Shown here: positions 28,120 through 40,948 of the stretch, in pieces
Position numbering within the stretch: position 1 is the first letter of the stretch
Layout of the letters: each line of letters starts with the position of its first letter
Assembly (NCBI GenBank): GCA_963708135.1
Contig: OY970192.1
Coordinates: 480,001 to 544,000, forward strand
DNA length: 64,000 nucleotides
Source: an uncultured Gemmatimonadales bacterium
GTDB lineage: Bacteria > Gemmatimonadota > Gemmatimonadetes > Longimicrobiales > RSA9
Direction: 5' to 3'
Notes under the pieces: generated by a model
What the model was told of the DNA's origin: nothing
Databases searched by the model: none
The model's input: the letters and a program-made list of their open reading frames with translations, nothing else
Translations under genes and position numbers: made by a program

Positions 28120-30260
28120 CTAACCCGGCGCGTCCAGCACTTCCCGCACCTTGCGGGCGAGGGCGGCGGGCGTGAACGGCTTCTCGATGAACTGCAGCAC
28201 TTCGCCGGGCTCCGCCTCGCCCCCCACGACGTCGGCGGTGTAGCCCGACATGAGCAGCACGCGCGCGCCCGAAAGGCGGCGGGCCAGCTCGCGCCCGCCC
28301 ATCCCGGGCATCACCATGTCGGTCAGCAGCAGGTCGAAGCGCGTGCCCTCCCCGACGAGCGAGAGCGCGGCCGCGGGGTCCTCGGCCTCGACCACGCGGT
28401 AGCGGCTGCGCTCCAGGGCGCGGCGGGCCAGGCGCCGCACGGCGGGATCATCCTCCACCAGCAGCACCACCTCCTCCCCGCGCGCCTCCGGCACCGGGCC
28501 CGCCGCGCCGGCCGGCAGCAGGCCCGCCGCACCGGGGGGCGCCGGGGCCGTCGCGCCGGGGGGCGCCGGGGCCGTCGCGCCGGGGGGCGCCGGGGCCGCC
28601 CCGCCAGCCGGCGCCGCGGCTTCCGGATCGAGGCGTGTGGCGGCCGCGGGAGCGACGGGAGTCGTGGCCGCAGGCGCCGCCCGTGATGATCCACGCGACC
28701 CGGCCGCCGCCACGCCGGCGCGCTCGACAGCCTCGCGGTGGGCGGCGGGGAAGTAGAGCTTGAACGTGGTCCCGGCGCCCGGCTCGCTGTAGACCCAGAT
28801 GGCGCCGCCGCTCTGCTTCACGATGCCGTAGACCGTGGAGAGGCCGAGCCCGGTTCCGCGCGCGGGTCCCTTGGTGGTGAAGAAGGGCTCGAAGACGCGT
28901 CGCCGCGTCGCCTCGTCCATGCCGGTGCCGGTATCCGCGACGGAGAGCATGGCATACAGGCCGGCGTGGACCTCGAGGTGGGTGTCGGCGTACTCCTCGC
29001 CGAGCTCGGCGCGCTCGGTACGGATGGTGAGGCGGCCGCCGCGCGGCATGGCGTCGCGGGCGTTGACGGCCAGGTTCATGACCACCTGCTCGACCTGGCC
29101 GGGATCGAGCAGAGCGGGGGGCAGCGCAGCATCGAGGCGTGTGACGACCTCCACGTCCTCGCCGATCAGGCGCCGGAGCATCCGTCGCGAGTCGGCGATC
29201 AGCGCGTTGAGGTCGAGGACCTCGGGCTCGAGCACCTGCCGGCGACTGAACGCCAGCAGCTGGCGCGTGAGCGTCGCGGCGCGCCCGGCGCTCCTGCCGA
29301 TCTCCTCGATCTCCGGGCGCGCGGGGTGGCCGGCCGCGAGCGCATCGAGCGCGAAGAGCGTGCAGCCGTTGATCACGGTGAGCAGGTTGTTGAAGTCGTG
29401 GGCCACCCCGCCCGCCAGCAGGCCGATCGACTCGAGGCGCTGCGCCTCGCGCATCTGGGCGGCGGTCTCGCGGCGGGTGGTGACATCGTCGAACAGGGCC
29501 GCCACGCCGGCCGGCTCTCCGCCGGCGCCCTGGACGGGGAAGATGCTGAAGCTCCAGTGCCGTTCCTCCGCGCCGGAGGCCGAGGGGCCGCTGACCTCGA
29601 GCTCTCGCAGCGGCTCGCCTGTCTCGAGCACCCGCACGAGCTTCGGGACGAGGTCGCTCGCGTAGCCGGCTCCGAGACCGCCCGCCGAGCGGCCGAGCTC
29701 GCGCGCCGGCACGACGCCCATGAGCGCGCCGGCGCTGCGGTTGATACGGCGGCAGCGGAGCTCCTCGTCCCAGAGGATGAAGCCCGCCGGCAGCGTCTCG
29801 AGCAGCGCGTCCAGCAGCCCCAGGGTGCGCTCGTGCTCGCGCGCCGCCCTCTGCCGCGAGGCCTCCGCGCTGCGCACTTCCTCCGCCACGCGCGCGAGCC
29901 GCTCCTCCCGCTGCTCCGCGTCGTGCGCCATCCGGAGCCGGTTCTGGAGGTGCCCGAGCAGCGTGTCCCGGCGCGCTTCCAGCCGCTCCGTCAGCAGGCG
30001 CTGCCGCAGCTCCTCCGACACCCGGGCGTCCTCGCCGTGCCGCCGCCACGCCACGGCATGCGCGCGCCGGAACGCGGCCACCATCCACAGCGTCGCGCCC
30101 AGGACGGCGATGAGCCCGGCCAGCTCGCCCACGATGCGGGCGGGAAGCCGCACGGCCCACAGTCCGAAAGCCGCCATCTCCAGCGCCCCCGTCAGCGCCA
30201 GCAGCGCCGCCGCGGCAAGGCGTCGGCGCGGGAAGGCCGGATCCCCGGGCCGGTCCCGAC

Positions 30261-30264
<4 letters not shown>
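28120..30264 (-). CDS. PAS hybrid sensor histidine kinase/receiver (CckA-like)
   Basis: [22 protein letters not shown]...GTGLGL, C-terminal receiver LLLTDMVMP. Confidence 0.92.
28532..28600. repeat. About 3x 24-bp coding repeat (APPGATAP) in the kinase linker
   Basis: ccggggggcgccggggccgtcgcg repeated. Confidence 0.75.
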
Positions 30265-32300
<2,036 letters not shown>

Positions 32301-32417
32301 GCCCGCGCGCGGCCCTTCAGGGATTTCCCCGGTAGCATGAAGGAAGATGGCGAGCGGTTCGGGGGAGAGGGTGAGGGAGAGGTAAGGGGTTTGTTAGAGA
32401 ATGGTTAAGGGAGAGGG

Positions 32418-32472
32418 AGAGGGAGGGTGAGGGTGAGGGGGAGGGTGGGATTGGGATTGGGGTGAGGGAGGG
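32418..32472 (-). repeat. Purine-rich dispersed repeat, copy 2 (within G-rich intergenic 32355-32520)
   Basis: gagggtgagggggagggtgggattgggattggggtgagggaggg. Confidence 0.6.
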
Positions 32473-32518
32473 TCCCCGCTCCCCCCCGGCCCCGCAGGAG
32501 GGGGTGGGTGAGGGGGGC

Positions 32519-33712
32519 TCAGGGCTCGGCGCGCTGGATGATGCCCTCGGCCTCGAGGGCGCGGATCTCGGCGGGCTCGTAGCCGAGCAGGCGGAGCACG
32601 GCGTCCGTGGCCTCGCCGAGGCGCGGCGGGGCGCGGCGGGCGGCGGGGCGGCGGCCGTCGGAGAAGAGCGGCGAGGCGACGGCGCGGTAGCCGGGGATGG
32701 TGGGGTGGGGAAGGGACTCGAGGGCGCCGCTCGCGGTCACCTGCTCGAGGGCGGCGACGCGGTCGACGGAGAGGATCGGCGCGCACGGCACGCCCTCCTT
32801 GCGCAGGCGGCGCTCGAGGGCGGCGGTGGGCAGGGTGCGGGTCACGGCGGCGAGAAGGTCGAAGAGCTCGGCGCGGTGCGCGACGCGGCCACGGTTCTGG
32901 CGGAAGCGCTCGTCGCCTTCGAGGGCCTCGAGGTCGAGGGCGCGGCAGGTGCGCTGGAAGAGCACGTCGTTGGCCGCGGCGATCATGAGCTGCCCGTCGG
33001 CGGTGGGGAACGCCTCGTAGGGCGCGATCATGCCGAGCGCGGTGCCGAGGGGCCCGGGCGGCTGGCCGGTGCCGAAGTAGCCGAGCAGGTGGTAGGCGTT
33101 CCACGCGAGCGCCACGTCGAAGAGCGAGACGGCGACGTGCGCGCCCTCGCCGGTCCGGTCGCGCTCGCGCAGGGCGGCCAGCACGCCGATGGCGGCCCAG
33201 AGTCCGGTCCCGATGTCCACGATCGAGGTGCCGATGCGGCTGGGCGGCTGGCCCGGATGGCCGTTCACGGACATGAGTCCGGAATACGCCTGCATGAGCG
33301 GGTCGTAGCCGGGCTCGTCGCGCATCGGCCCGTCCGCGCCGAACGCGCTCACGCTGCAGTAGACGAGGCGCGGGTTCTCGGCGCGCAGCGTCTCGGCGCC
33401 GAGCCCGAGCCGCTCGGCCACGCCGGTGCGGAAGGACTGGAGCAGCACGTCGGAGCGCGCGGCCAGCCGGCGCGCGATCTCGGCGCCGGCGCGCGTCTTC
33501 AGGTCCACGGCGATGCTGCGCTTGTTGCGGTTGGCGGAGAGGAAGATCGGGCTCTCGCCGGCCCAGAACGGGGGGCCCCACTCGCGCGCCGGATCGCCGT
33601 GGCCCGGACGCTCGATCTTGATGACCTCCGCGCCCAGGTCGCCCAGCACCTGCGCGCAGTACGGCCCGGCCAGGTTCTGCGACAGGTCCGCGACCAGGAT
33701 GTCCAGCGCCAT
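32519..33712 (-). CDS. CaiB/BaiF family III CoA transferase
   Basis: DLSQNLAGPYC...LGAEVIKIERP...NRNKRSI...GYDPLMQA. Confidence 0.93.
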   Translation of the reverse strand: MALDILVADLSQNLAGPYCAQVLGDLGAEVIKIERPGHGDPAREWGPPFWAGESPIFLSANRNKRSIAVDLKTRAGAEIARRLAARSDVLLQSFRTGVAERLGLGAETLRAENPRLVYCSVSAFGADGPMRDEPGYDPLMQAYSGLMSVNGHPGQPPSRIGTSIVDIGTGLWAAIGVLAALRERDRTGEGAHVAVSLFDVALAWNAYHLLGYFGTGQPPGPLGTALGMIAPYEAFPTADGQLMIAAANDVLFQRTCRALDLEALEGDERFRQNRGRVAHRAELFDLLAAVTRTLPTAALERRLRKEGVPCAPILSVDRVAALEQVTASGALESLPHPTIPGYRAVASPLFSDGRRPAARRAPPRLGEATDAVLRLLGYEPAEIRALEAEGIIQRAEP

Positions 33713-34758
33713 CAGTAGCCGCTCCGCTTGTCCACCACGTTGCGGAGCGGCTCGCCCGCGAGGTAGCGGCGCAGGTTGTCCACGATCAGCGCGGTCTCGC
33801 GCTCCCAGAAGCGAGGCGTCGTGCCGGAGACGTGGGGGGTGATGAGCACATTCGGCAGGGTCCAGAGCGGAGAGTCCGCCGGCAGCGGCTCGTGCTCGAA
33901 CACGTCGAGCGCCGCGCCGCGCAGCCGGCCCGCCGCGAGCGCGCGGGCCAGCGCCGCCTCGTCCACCACCCGCCCGCGCGAGACGTTCACGAGCACCGCG
34001 TCCGGCTTCATGCGCGCCAGCCCGGCCGCGTCGATCGCGTGGTGCGTCTCGGCCGTTGACGGCACCGTCAGGACCAGGTAGTCGGCGATGTCGAGCAGCC
34101 GCCCGAGCGCGCCCACGCCCGTCCAGAGCTCGATCCCCGGCGGCGGCTCCGACGGGTGCCGCTTCACCGCCGCCACCCGCATCCCGAGGGCCAGCGCCCG
34201 CCGCGCGACCTCGCGGCCGATCCCGCCAAACCCGTAGACGCCGAGCGTCGCGCCGGCCATCTCGCGCGGCGATGCCTCCGCGTCCGCCCCCGTCCACGCC
34301 GCGGCATCCCAGCGCCGCTCCGCCTGCCGGCGCACCGCCACGTCCAGGCCGCGCGCGAAGTGCAGCATCATCGCCAGCACGCTCTCCGCGATCGGCGGCG
34401 CGTGGATCCCTGCCGAGTTGGTCAGCACCACGTCCGACGCGACCATCTCGGGATAGAGCGCCCCGCCCACCCCGGCCGCCCCCGTGTGCGCCCAGCGGAG
34501 CCGGCCCTCGGGCGGCTCCGTGGCGGCCAGGAACACCTCCCGCGGCACCCCGAAGCCGACGTAGACCTCCGCCCCGCGCACCGTCGCCAGCACCTCCGGC
34601 CTCACCCCACCGCCGCCATCGCCCTCGCCCGTCACCGGCGCGTGCAGCGAGACGCCCTCCCAGCCGGCAGGCAGCGCCTCCAGGATGGCCGCTTCGGAGC
34701 GCGCCGGGATCGTCCATCCCGGCCGCACGTCGTGCATGTTGATGACGAGGCGTGGCAT
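33712..34758 (-). CDS. D-2-hydroxyacid dehydrogenase
   Basis: GFGGIG, NVSRG, LDVFEHEP, ITPHVSG. Confidence 0.93.
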   Translation of the reverse strand: MPRLVINMHDVRPGWTIPARSEAAILEALPAGWEGVSLHAPVTGEGDGGGGVRPEVLATVRGAEVYVGFGVPREVFLAATEPPEGRLRWAHTGAAGVGGALYPEMVASDVVLTNSAGIHAPPIAESVLAMMLHFARGLDVAVRRQAERRWDAAAWTGADAEASPREMAGATLGVYGFGGIGREVARRALALGMRVAAVKRHPSEPPPGIELWTGVGALGRLLDIADYLVLTVPSTAETHHAIDAAGLARMKPDAVLVNVSRGRVVDEAALARALAAGRLRGAALDVFEHEPLPADSPLWTLPNVLITPHVSGTTPRFWERETALIVDNLRRYLAGEPLRNVVDKRSGY

Positions 34759-34904
34759 AGCGGCTAGAATGTAACCTCGCGGGCGGCGGGCGGCAGGGGC
34801 GCTTGCCGCGTCGTTTTCGAGTGAGCGGGTGGCCGACCGGGAGAGTGGGCGACGTTCGTCGCGCGCGGCGCCCTCGCGGTCCCTCCGGCTGGTGGAGGGC
34901 GGAC

Positions 34905-37283
34905 ATGGATGCACGGCTGGGCCCGGCGCCGGACGCCGGAGGGACGGCGGCGAGTGGCGTGACGGCGAGCGCCGGCGACGAGGCGACGGGGTCAATCTGC
35001 CCGCGCCCCCGTCGCGCCGCGGCCGCGGCCGCAGCCCGGGCGGCCCGCGCCCTCCTCGCCGTTCTGCTGCTGGGGGCCGCTCCCGCCGGCCCGATCCCCG
35101 CGATGGCGCGCCGCCCGGCTCCGGCGCCGTCGGTCCGGAGCGCGGCCGGTCAGGCCGCGTCCGGCCCGCTGCCCCCCTACGTGCCCGCAGTCCGCAGCTC
35201 GTCGCTCGAACCCGGGTCTGTTTCAGACCCCGTGCCCCTGCCCGTGCCCGCCGACACCCCCGTCGCCGAGGCGCTCGTACTCGGCGGGGGCGGCTCGCGG
35301 GGGCTAGCGCACGCGGGCGTGCTCGTGGGGCTCGAGCGGCTGGGGCGCCCTCCCGGGCTCGTGGTCGGGACCAGCATGGGCGCGATCATCGGCGCGCTCT
35401 ACGCGGCGGGCTACGATGCGGCGCAGGTGCGCGACATCGTGGAGCGGAGCGAGTGGCGCTCGGCCTTCGGCTATCCTCCGATCGCGGCGGCGGCGGGGCC
35501 GCCCCCGGTCCGGCCCCTTCTGCGCTTCGGCTTCGGCGGCGCGGGAATGCGGCCGCAGGGGCTCAGCGCCGACGAGGGCGTGAACCGCCTGCTGGTGCAC
35601 TACCTCTTCGACGCCGGCGTGCGTGCGCGCGGCAACTTCGACCGGCTTCCGCGGCGGTTCCGGGCGGTGGCGGCGGACCTGGCCACCGGTCGCGCGGTGG
35701 TGCTCGGGAGCGGCGACCTGCCGCGCGCGGTGCGCGCCAGCATGGCCGTCCCGGCGGTGTTCCCGCCCGTGGTCATGGACGGGCGGGTGCTCGTGGACGG
35801 CGGGCTGGCGGACAATCTGGCCGTGGACGTGGCGCGCGCGCTCGGCGCGCGGATGGTCATCGCCAGCGATGTCGTGCTCCCCGACAGCGACGTGTCCGCG
35901 CGCGACCCGCTCCGCCTCGGGCTGCGCGGGCTGCGGCTGCTGATCCACAACGCCGCGCCCGACACGCCGCCGGACGTGCTCATCCGCCCCCACATCCCGC
36001 TCCTCTTCCCGTCCTCCTTCTTCCCGCGCGACCCGGAGTTCCTCGTACGCGCCGGGCTCGAGGCGACGCTGGCCGCGCTCGCCCCCCTGCCCCCGGCCGG
36101 CTCCGCGGGTGCCGCACGCACCGGTTCCGCCGCCGGCGCACGTGAGCGCGCCACTCGCGCGGGCGGGCCCGCCCATCCGGGCGCGGCTCCTCCCGCCTCC
36201 ATCGCGGCGGTGCGCGTGGAGGGGGTGGATCCCTCGACGGCGGCGCTCGTGGCCGGGGCGTTCCGTGGCGCGGCGCCCGCGCCCTACGATGCCGCGGCCA
36301 TCCTCGCCGACGTGGATCTGCTGTACGCCACTGGCATGCTCGACGCCGTGTGGCCGCGCGTCGCGGGCGGCGACACGCTGGTGGTCCGGGCGGAGCCTCG
36401 CCCGCCGCTCGATCTCTCGCTGGCCGGCGGCTACGCGGTGGACCGCGGCGCGCGCGGCTGGGTGGTGGTGCGGGGGCGGGTCGGGCGCGGCGAGCTGTCG
36501 CTGCTCGGCTCGGCGGACGGGCTCCGGCGCGAGCTCGTGGCCGGCTGGCGCATCCACGCGGTCGAGCGGGTGGCCGCCGCGCCGGGCCTCGGCGGCTACC
36601 TGCGCGCCACGCAGGTGCGCAGCTTCGAGGGCGCGGACGTGGCCGGGCGGGACGAGGTCAGGCGGCTGGGCGGGTGGGCCGGGCTGGACGTCACGCTCCC
36701 GCACCCGGCGCTGCTCCTGTCCGCGCAGCTGCGCGGGGAGCGCGTCTCCGCGGGCGCCGGGCCCAAGGGACGGGCCGCGGGCGGCGTGCTGCGGCTGGAG
36801 GACCTGCGGGAGCGGCCCCTCGCCGGGGTGCCCCTGGATCTCTCCGTGGAGGCGTGGGGCGGGGCGCTGACGTACCGGGTGGCACGCGGGCAGGCCGCGG
36901 CGCGGGGGTCGCTCGGCCGGTGGCACGGCGCGCTCGTCGTCCAGGCCGCGGGCATCTCCGGGGCGGCCCCGCTCGACGCCTACCCGGCGCTCGGGGATGC
37001 GCGCGCGCTGCCGGGGCTCCGCTGGGGCGAGGATCGTGCGCGGTCGGTGATCGTGCTCGGCGGCGACGTCGCCTATCCGATCCCGCTCGCGGGAAGCATC
37101 CGGCTGCGGCTGCGTAGCGGGCGCGCGGCGGGCGCGATCCCCGGCGGCACGGCACCGGCCGCGTGGCGCGGTGGCGCCGAGCTCGCGGGGGTGTGGGACA
37201 CGCCGGTCGGACGGCTTGAGACCGGCTTCGGCGCGAGCCCCGGCCGGCGCCGCTTCTTCCTCGACCTCGGCGCGCCGTTCTGA
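34905..37283 (+). CDS. Patatin-like phospholipase with POTRA-like/beta-barrel C-terminus (PlpD-like); start approximate
   Basis: GGGGSRG, GTSMG, DGG; C-terminal amphipathic strands ending in F. Confidence 0.85.
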   Translation: MDARLGPAPDAGGTAASGVTASAGDEATGSICPRPRRAAAAAAARAARALLAVLLLGAAPAGPIPAMARRPAPAPSVRSAAGQAASGPLPPYVPAVRSSSLEPGSVSDPVPLPVPADTPVAEALVLGGGGSRGLAHAGVLVGLERLGRPPGLVVGTSMGAIIGALYAAGYDAAQVRDIVERSEWRSAFGYPPIAAAAGPPPVRPLLRFGFGGAGMRPQGLSADEGVNRLLVHYLFDAGVRARGNFDRLPRRFRAVAADLATGRAVVLGSGDLPRAVRASMAVPAVFPPVVMDGRVLVDGGLADNLAVDVARALGARMVIASDVVLPDSDVSARDPLRLGLRGLRLLIHNAAPDTPPDVLIRPHIPLLFPSSFFPRDPEFLVRAGLEATLAALAPLPPAGSAGAARTGSAAGARERATRAGGPAHPGAAPPASIAAVRVEGVDPSTAALVAGAFRGAAPAPYDAAAILADVDLLYATGMLDAVWPRVAGGDTLVVRAEPRPPLDLSLAGGYAVDRGARGWVVVRGRVGRGELSLLGSADGLRRELVAGWRIHAVERVAAAPGLGGYLRATQVRSFEGADVAGRDEVRRLGGWAGLDVTLPHPALLLSAQLRGERVSAGAGPKGRAAGGVLRLEDLRERPLAGVPLDLSVEAWGGALTYRVARGQAAARGSLGRWHGALVVQAAGISGAAPLDAYPALGDARALPGLRWGEDRARSVIVLGGDVAYPIPLAGSIRLRLRSGRAAGAIPGGTAPAAWRGGAELAGVWDTPVGRLETGFGASPGRRRFFLDLGAPF

Positions 37284-37326
37284 GCCGAGCGGCCGGCGCG
37301 GCGGGCGCCGCCCCGGCCGCCCCCGT

Positions 37327-37710
37327 CTACTCGACCGTCAAGGTGGTCAGGTCGAGGGTGTTCTCCACGCGCAGGTGAACCGTCTGCCCGGGCGAGGCGT
37401 TGATGACGTCGGTCAGGTAGTTCTGCGTCCCGCCGATCGGCACGATCAGGAGCTGCAGGTCCGGGCTGGCCAGCGACGCCGGGATCCTGAGGTCCGCCTT
37501 GTTCTGGCTCGTGATGGTACCGAGCCGTTGCACGGTGCCGTGCGCCACCGCGTAGACATCGACGTCGTTCCAGTTGTTGTTCTGCACGTCTACCGCCACG
37601 GCGTTGGCGGGCGCCGGCTGCCCCGCCAGCGCGCCGGCCGGTCCCTGCCCGGCACACCCGGCCGCGGCCAGCAGCACGGGAATCGAGAGCACCTTGAGCA
37701 TCTTCATCAT
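37327..37710 (-). CDS. Hypothetical lipoprotein
   Basis: GGAGG RBS, AAGC lipobox. Confidence 0.75.
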   Translation of the reverse strand: MMKMLKVLSIPVLLAAAGCAGQGPAGALAGQPAPANAVAVDVQNNNWNDVDVYAVAHGTVQRLGTITSQNKADLRIPASLASPDLQLLIVPIGGTQNYLTDVINASPGQTVHLRVENTLDLTTLTVE

Positions 37711-37900
37711 GGGTCCTGCCCTCCTCCTCCGCCCGCTCCCACCGCCCATGGGCGGCGCGCGGGCGGGGCGGTCCCACCCGCGGCCCCGGCTCAACCCGGG
37801 GCTGGTTCTGGTACCGCCAGAGGTGCATAAGGTGTTCCGACGTGGACGCACCCCTGCCTCCGGCGCGGGCCGCGCCCGGGGTGGACGCGCCGGGCAGGGC

Positions 37901-38515
37901 TCACCCGGCCAGGATCGCGTCGATGCGGGCGGGCGGAAGGTGCAGCACGCCGCCGAGCCGGCGCACCACGGCCGCCTCGCGGGCGTGCAGCTGGCCGTCG
38001 GCGTGGGAGACGCGCGCCGCGGCCCTGAGGACCTGCTCCTTGCCGTAGTCGTTCAGGTAGCCGACCACGCGTGCCAGGTACCTGGCCGCCGAGGTGGGGC
38101 TGCTTCCTACCTCCGCCACCTCGTCCAGCACCTCCTGGCGGCCGAGCGGGATGCCGGAGAGATCCTCGAAGACGCGGCGCACCATCTGGATCTCGGGCGG
38201 CTGGATCACGCCGTCCGCGGCCACCATGAGCGCCAGGATCCGCTTCATGGCCCGCTGGTACTCGGCCATCACGGCCGGCGTGCGCTCGCCCGCGTCGTAG
38301 GCGAGCACCTCCGGCCGGAACGTCGAGAGGCAGACGCCGCACTCCACGTACTCGCCCAGCCGCCCGGCCGGCAGGCGCAGCACGGCAAGGACGCGCAGCC
38401 GGCGCCGCACCTCCGTGCGCTGGTAGGGCCGCCGTGCCATGCAGGTCGGGCAGAAGAACTCGCCGCCGCCCGCCCGCATCGGGTTGGGCTCGGTGCCGAA
38501 GAGGATCGTGGGCAC
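37901..38515 (-). CDS. Zinc-ribbon + TerB-like domain protein
   Basis: FFCPTC...YVECGVC; AADGVIQPPE and HADGQLHARE. Confidence 0.8.
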   Translation of the reverse strand: MPTILFGTEPNPMRAGGGEFFCPTCMARRPYQRTEVRRRLRVLAVLRLPAGRLGEYVECGVCLSTFRPEVLAYDAGERTPAVMAEYQRAMKRILALMVAADGVIQPPEIQMVRRVFEDLSGIPLGRQEVLDEVAEVGSSPTSAARYLARVVGYLNDYGKEQVLRAAARVSHADGQLHAREAAVVRRLGGVLHLPPARIDAILAG

Positions 38516-38653
38516 GGTCAGTCGCCTGTGATCGCTGCCGGTCGAAGGAGCGGCGCCTCCGGTGGGGAAGCGCGCCGGGACAAGGTAATCGGGGCGTCGC
38601 GGGCCGGAAACGGGCGGCGGACCGGCCGCCGCGCTCGGCGCGCCGCCCGGCCT

Positions 38654-39190
38654 TCACTCGGGGGCGACCCACTCCTCCCGCAGGATGGCGTAGCGCTCGA
38701 GGTCCTCGGCCACGCCCCACTTGCGCACCTCCTGCCGCAGCCGCCCCTCGTGGCTCATCCCGATCTTCCGCATGACGCTGCCGGATGCCGGGTTCCGGCT
38801 GAGGTGGTGGGCGTAGACCTTGTTCAGGCCGAGCGCCTCGAAGGCGTGGCGCAGCACGGCGGCGGCGGCCTCCGTGGCGTAGCCGTGGCCCCAGTACGAC
38901 TTGCCGATCCAGTAGCCGAGCTCCGCCTTCCCGTGCTCCGGCCGGAGGGTCAGGGCGATGGCGCCGAGGAGGCGGCCGTCGCGCCGGCGGGTGATCGCGA
39001 ACGCCTCCACCTCGCCGCGCTCCTGCCGCTCGCGATTGCCGCGGATCCACGCCTCGGCCATCTCCTGGCTGTACGGGTGGGGGATGTTCAGCGTGGTGGA
39101 GGCGATGTCGCGCGCGCCGGCCAGCCGCGTCACCTCGGACGCGTCCGCCAGCGTGAAGGCCCGCAGCTTCAGGCGCTCCGTCTCGATCAT
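38654..39190 (-). CDS. RimJ/RimL-type GNAT N-acetyltransferase
   Basis: IETERLKLR, ELGYWIG, WGHGYATEA, NPASGSVMRKIGM. Confidence 0.92.
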   Translation of the reverse strand: MIETERLKLRAFTLADASEVTRLAGARDIASTTLNIPHPYSQEMAEAWIRGNRERQERGEVEAFAITRRRDGRLLGAIALTLRPEHGKAELGYWIGKSYWGHGYATEAAAAVLRHAFEALGLNKVYAHHLSRNPASGSVMRKIGMSHEGRLRQEVRKWGVAEDLERYAILREEWVAPE

Positions 39191-39275
39191 TGCGGTTTTT
39201 CCCGGGACGCCCGTACGTCCCGCGCCTGGCCCGTGGCCGCGTCCCCGCGGGTGCCGAAGACCTGCGCCTCCACGC

Positions 39276-39836
39276 TCAGTGCGCGGCGGCCACGACGGCG
39301 GCTACCGTCTCCTTCGCGATGCGGGCCTCGAGGTCGCCCGTGCTCGTGCACGCGACGGGGGCGGTGTTCGTGCCGTCCGTGGGCCGCGCCGACGCGCTCA
39401 CCTGTGTGGCCAGGCGGCTGCCATGGTCGGTGGGCGAGACCTGCGTGGCGATGGTCAGCGAGATGGCGTAGCTCTCGGCGGAAGCCCCTCCCATGCCGCT
39501 GCCGCAGTCGAGATAGGTCGAGAGCCGGGTGCCCGCCAGCTGGCGGCGAAGCTGCACGTTCGCGGCGCCGACGATCAGGCGCGCCTTGTCGGCGACGTCG
39601 GGCCGGATGCCCAGGCCCTGGTAGACCTCGACGAGCTTGTCGAAGACGTGGTCCGCCGTCCCCGGCACGGCCGCGGTGTAGGTGTGGCGCTCGGGATCGA
39701 TCCGCACGTAGTCGGAGCCGACGGAGCCGATCGTCTCCGCGCCTTCCGGCGCGCCGGCCGTGGACGCGACGGTCCCGGACGAGGCGCAGGCCGCGAGCCC
39801 GGCGACGGCGAGCAGGGAGAGGGGCAGACGTCGCAT
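39276..39836 (-). CDS. Hypothetical lipoprotein
   Basis: GGAGG RBS, LAAC lipobox, YLDCG...CTSTG. Confidence 0.75.
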   Translation of the reverse strand: MRRLPLSLLAVAGLAACASSGTVASTAGAPEGAETIGSVGSDYVRIDPERHTYTAAVPGTADHVFDKLVEVYQGLGIRPDVADKARLIVGAANVQLRRQLAGTRLSTYLDCGSGMGGASAESYAISLTIATQVSPTDHGSRLATQVSASARPTDGTNTAPVACTSTGDLEARIAKETVAAVVAAAH

Positions 39837-39958
39837 GGGATGCCTCCGTGGGTGCTCCGCAGGGAAAGGGCTACGGCCGAAAACTTGCCTCTCTCCCATG
39901 GCATGCGCAAGTCGTTCGGCACGATATGGTTCCGCCCATCCGTACCCGGGGCCGGCCC

Positions 39959-40948
39959 GTGAGCGACGGAGCCGCCGCCGGCCGCTCCCCGCCCGCCGCT
40001 CGCGCGCTCGCCGTGCGCGCGGGCGAGACGCCGCCGATCCCGCGCGACCTGCGCAACGTCGTGCTGCGCTTCGGCCGCCGCGAGCTCCCGCTCACCAACC
40101 TCGGAAAGGTCTTCTGGCCGGAGTCCGGCCGCACCAAGGGCGACCTGCTGCGCTACTACGCCGGTATGGCGGACGTGCTGGTGCCGCACCTGCGCGGGCG
40201 CGCCATGGTCATGAAGCGCTATCCGAACGGCATCGCGGGAAAGCACTTCTTCATGAAGCGCACCCCGACCCACGCGCCCGACTGGCTGGAGACCTGCGCC
40301 ATCGAGCACGGCTCGGGCAGCGTCATCGACTTCCCCGTCGTCGAGGACGCCGCGGGGCTCCTCTGGCTGGTCAACCTCGGCTGCATCGACCTGAACCCGT
40401 GGTACGCCCGCTGCGACGACGTGGACCGGCCCGACTTCCTGCACTTCGACCTCGATCCCGTCCCCGATGCCGGCTTCGAGCGCGTCCGCGACGCGGCGCT
40501 CCTCCTGCGCACCGCGCTCGAGGCGATGGGAATGCCCAGCTACCCGAAGACGACGGGATCGCGGGGGCTGCACGTCTACGTGCCGATCGTGCGCGGCCCG
40601 CGCCAGAAGCAGGTGTGGGGCTTCGCGCGGCAGGTGGCGCGCACGCTCGCGGAGCACGACCCCGCTCTCATCACGGCCGAGTACCGCATCGCGAAGCGGC
40701 CGCCGGGCCGGGTGCTCGTGGACTACAACCAGAACGCGTGGGGCCGCACCCTGGCCTCCGTCTACTCCGTGCGGCCCCGTCCGGGCGCGCCCGTCTCGAC
40801 CCCCGTGACGTGGGACGAGGTCGAGGACGGGATCCGCATCGAGGACTTCACCATGGACAGCGTGCCCGGCCGCGTCGAGCGCCTCGGCGACCTGTGGGCG
40901 CCGCTGCTCGCCGCGCGTGGCCGCTTCGACCTCGGCCGCCACCTGTGA
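39959..40948 (+). CDS. Stand-alone LigD-type primase-polymerase (Prim-PolC-like)
   Basis: TKGDLLRYY, RYPNGI, FDLDP, KTTGSRGLHVY, DYNQN. Confidence 0.9.
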   Translation: MSDGAAAGRSPPAARALAVRAGETPPIPRDLRNVVLRFGRRELPLTNLGKVFWPESGRTKGDLLRYYAGMADVLVPHLRGRAMVMKRYPNGIAGKHFFMKRTPTHAPDWLETCAIEHGSGSVIDFPVVEDAAGLLWLVNLGCIDLNPWYARCDDVDRPDFLHFDLDPVPDAGFERVRDAALLLRTALEAMGMPSYPKTTGSRGLHVYVPIVRGPRQKQVWGFARQVARTLAEHDPALITAEYRIAKRPPGRVLVDYNQNAWGRTLASVYSVRPRPGAPVSTPVTWDEVEDGIRIEDFTMDSVPGRVERLGDLWAPLLAARGRFDLGRHL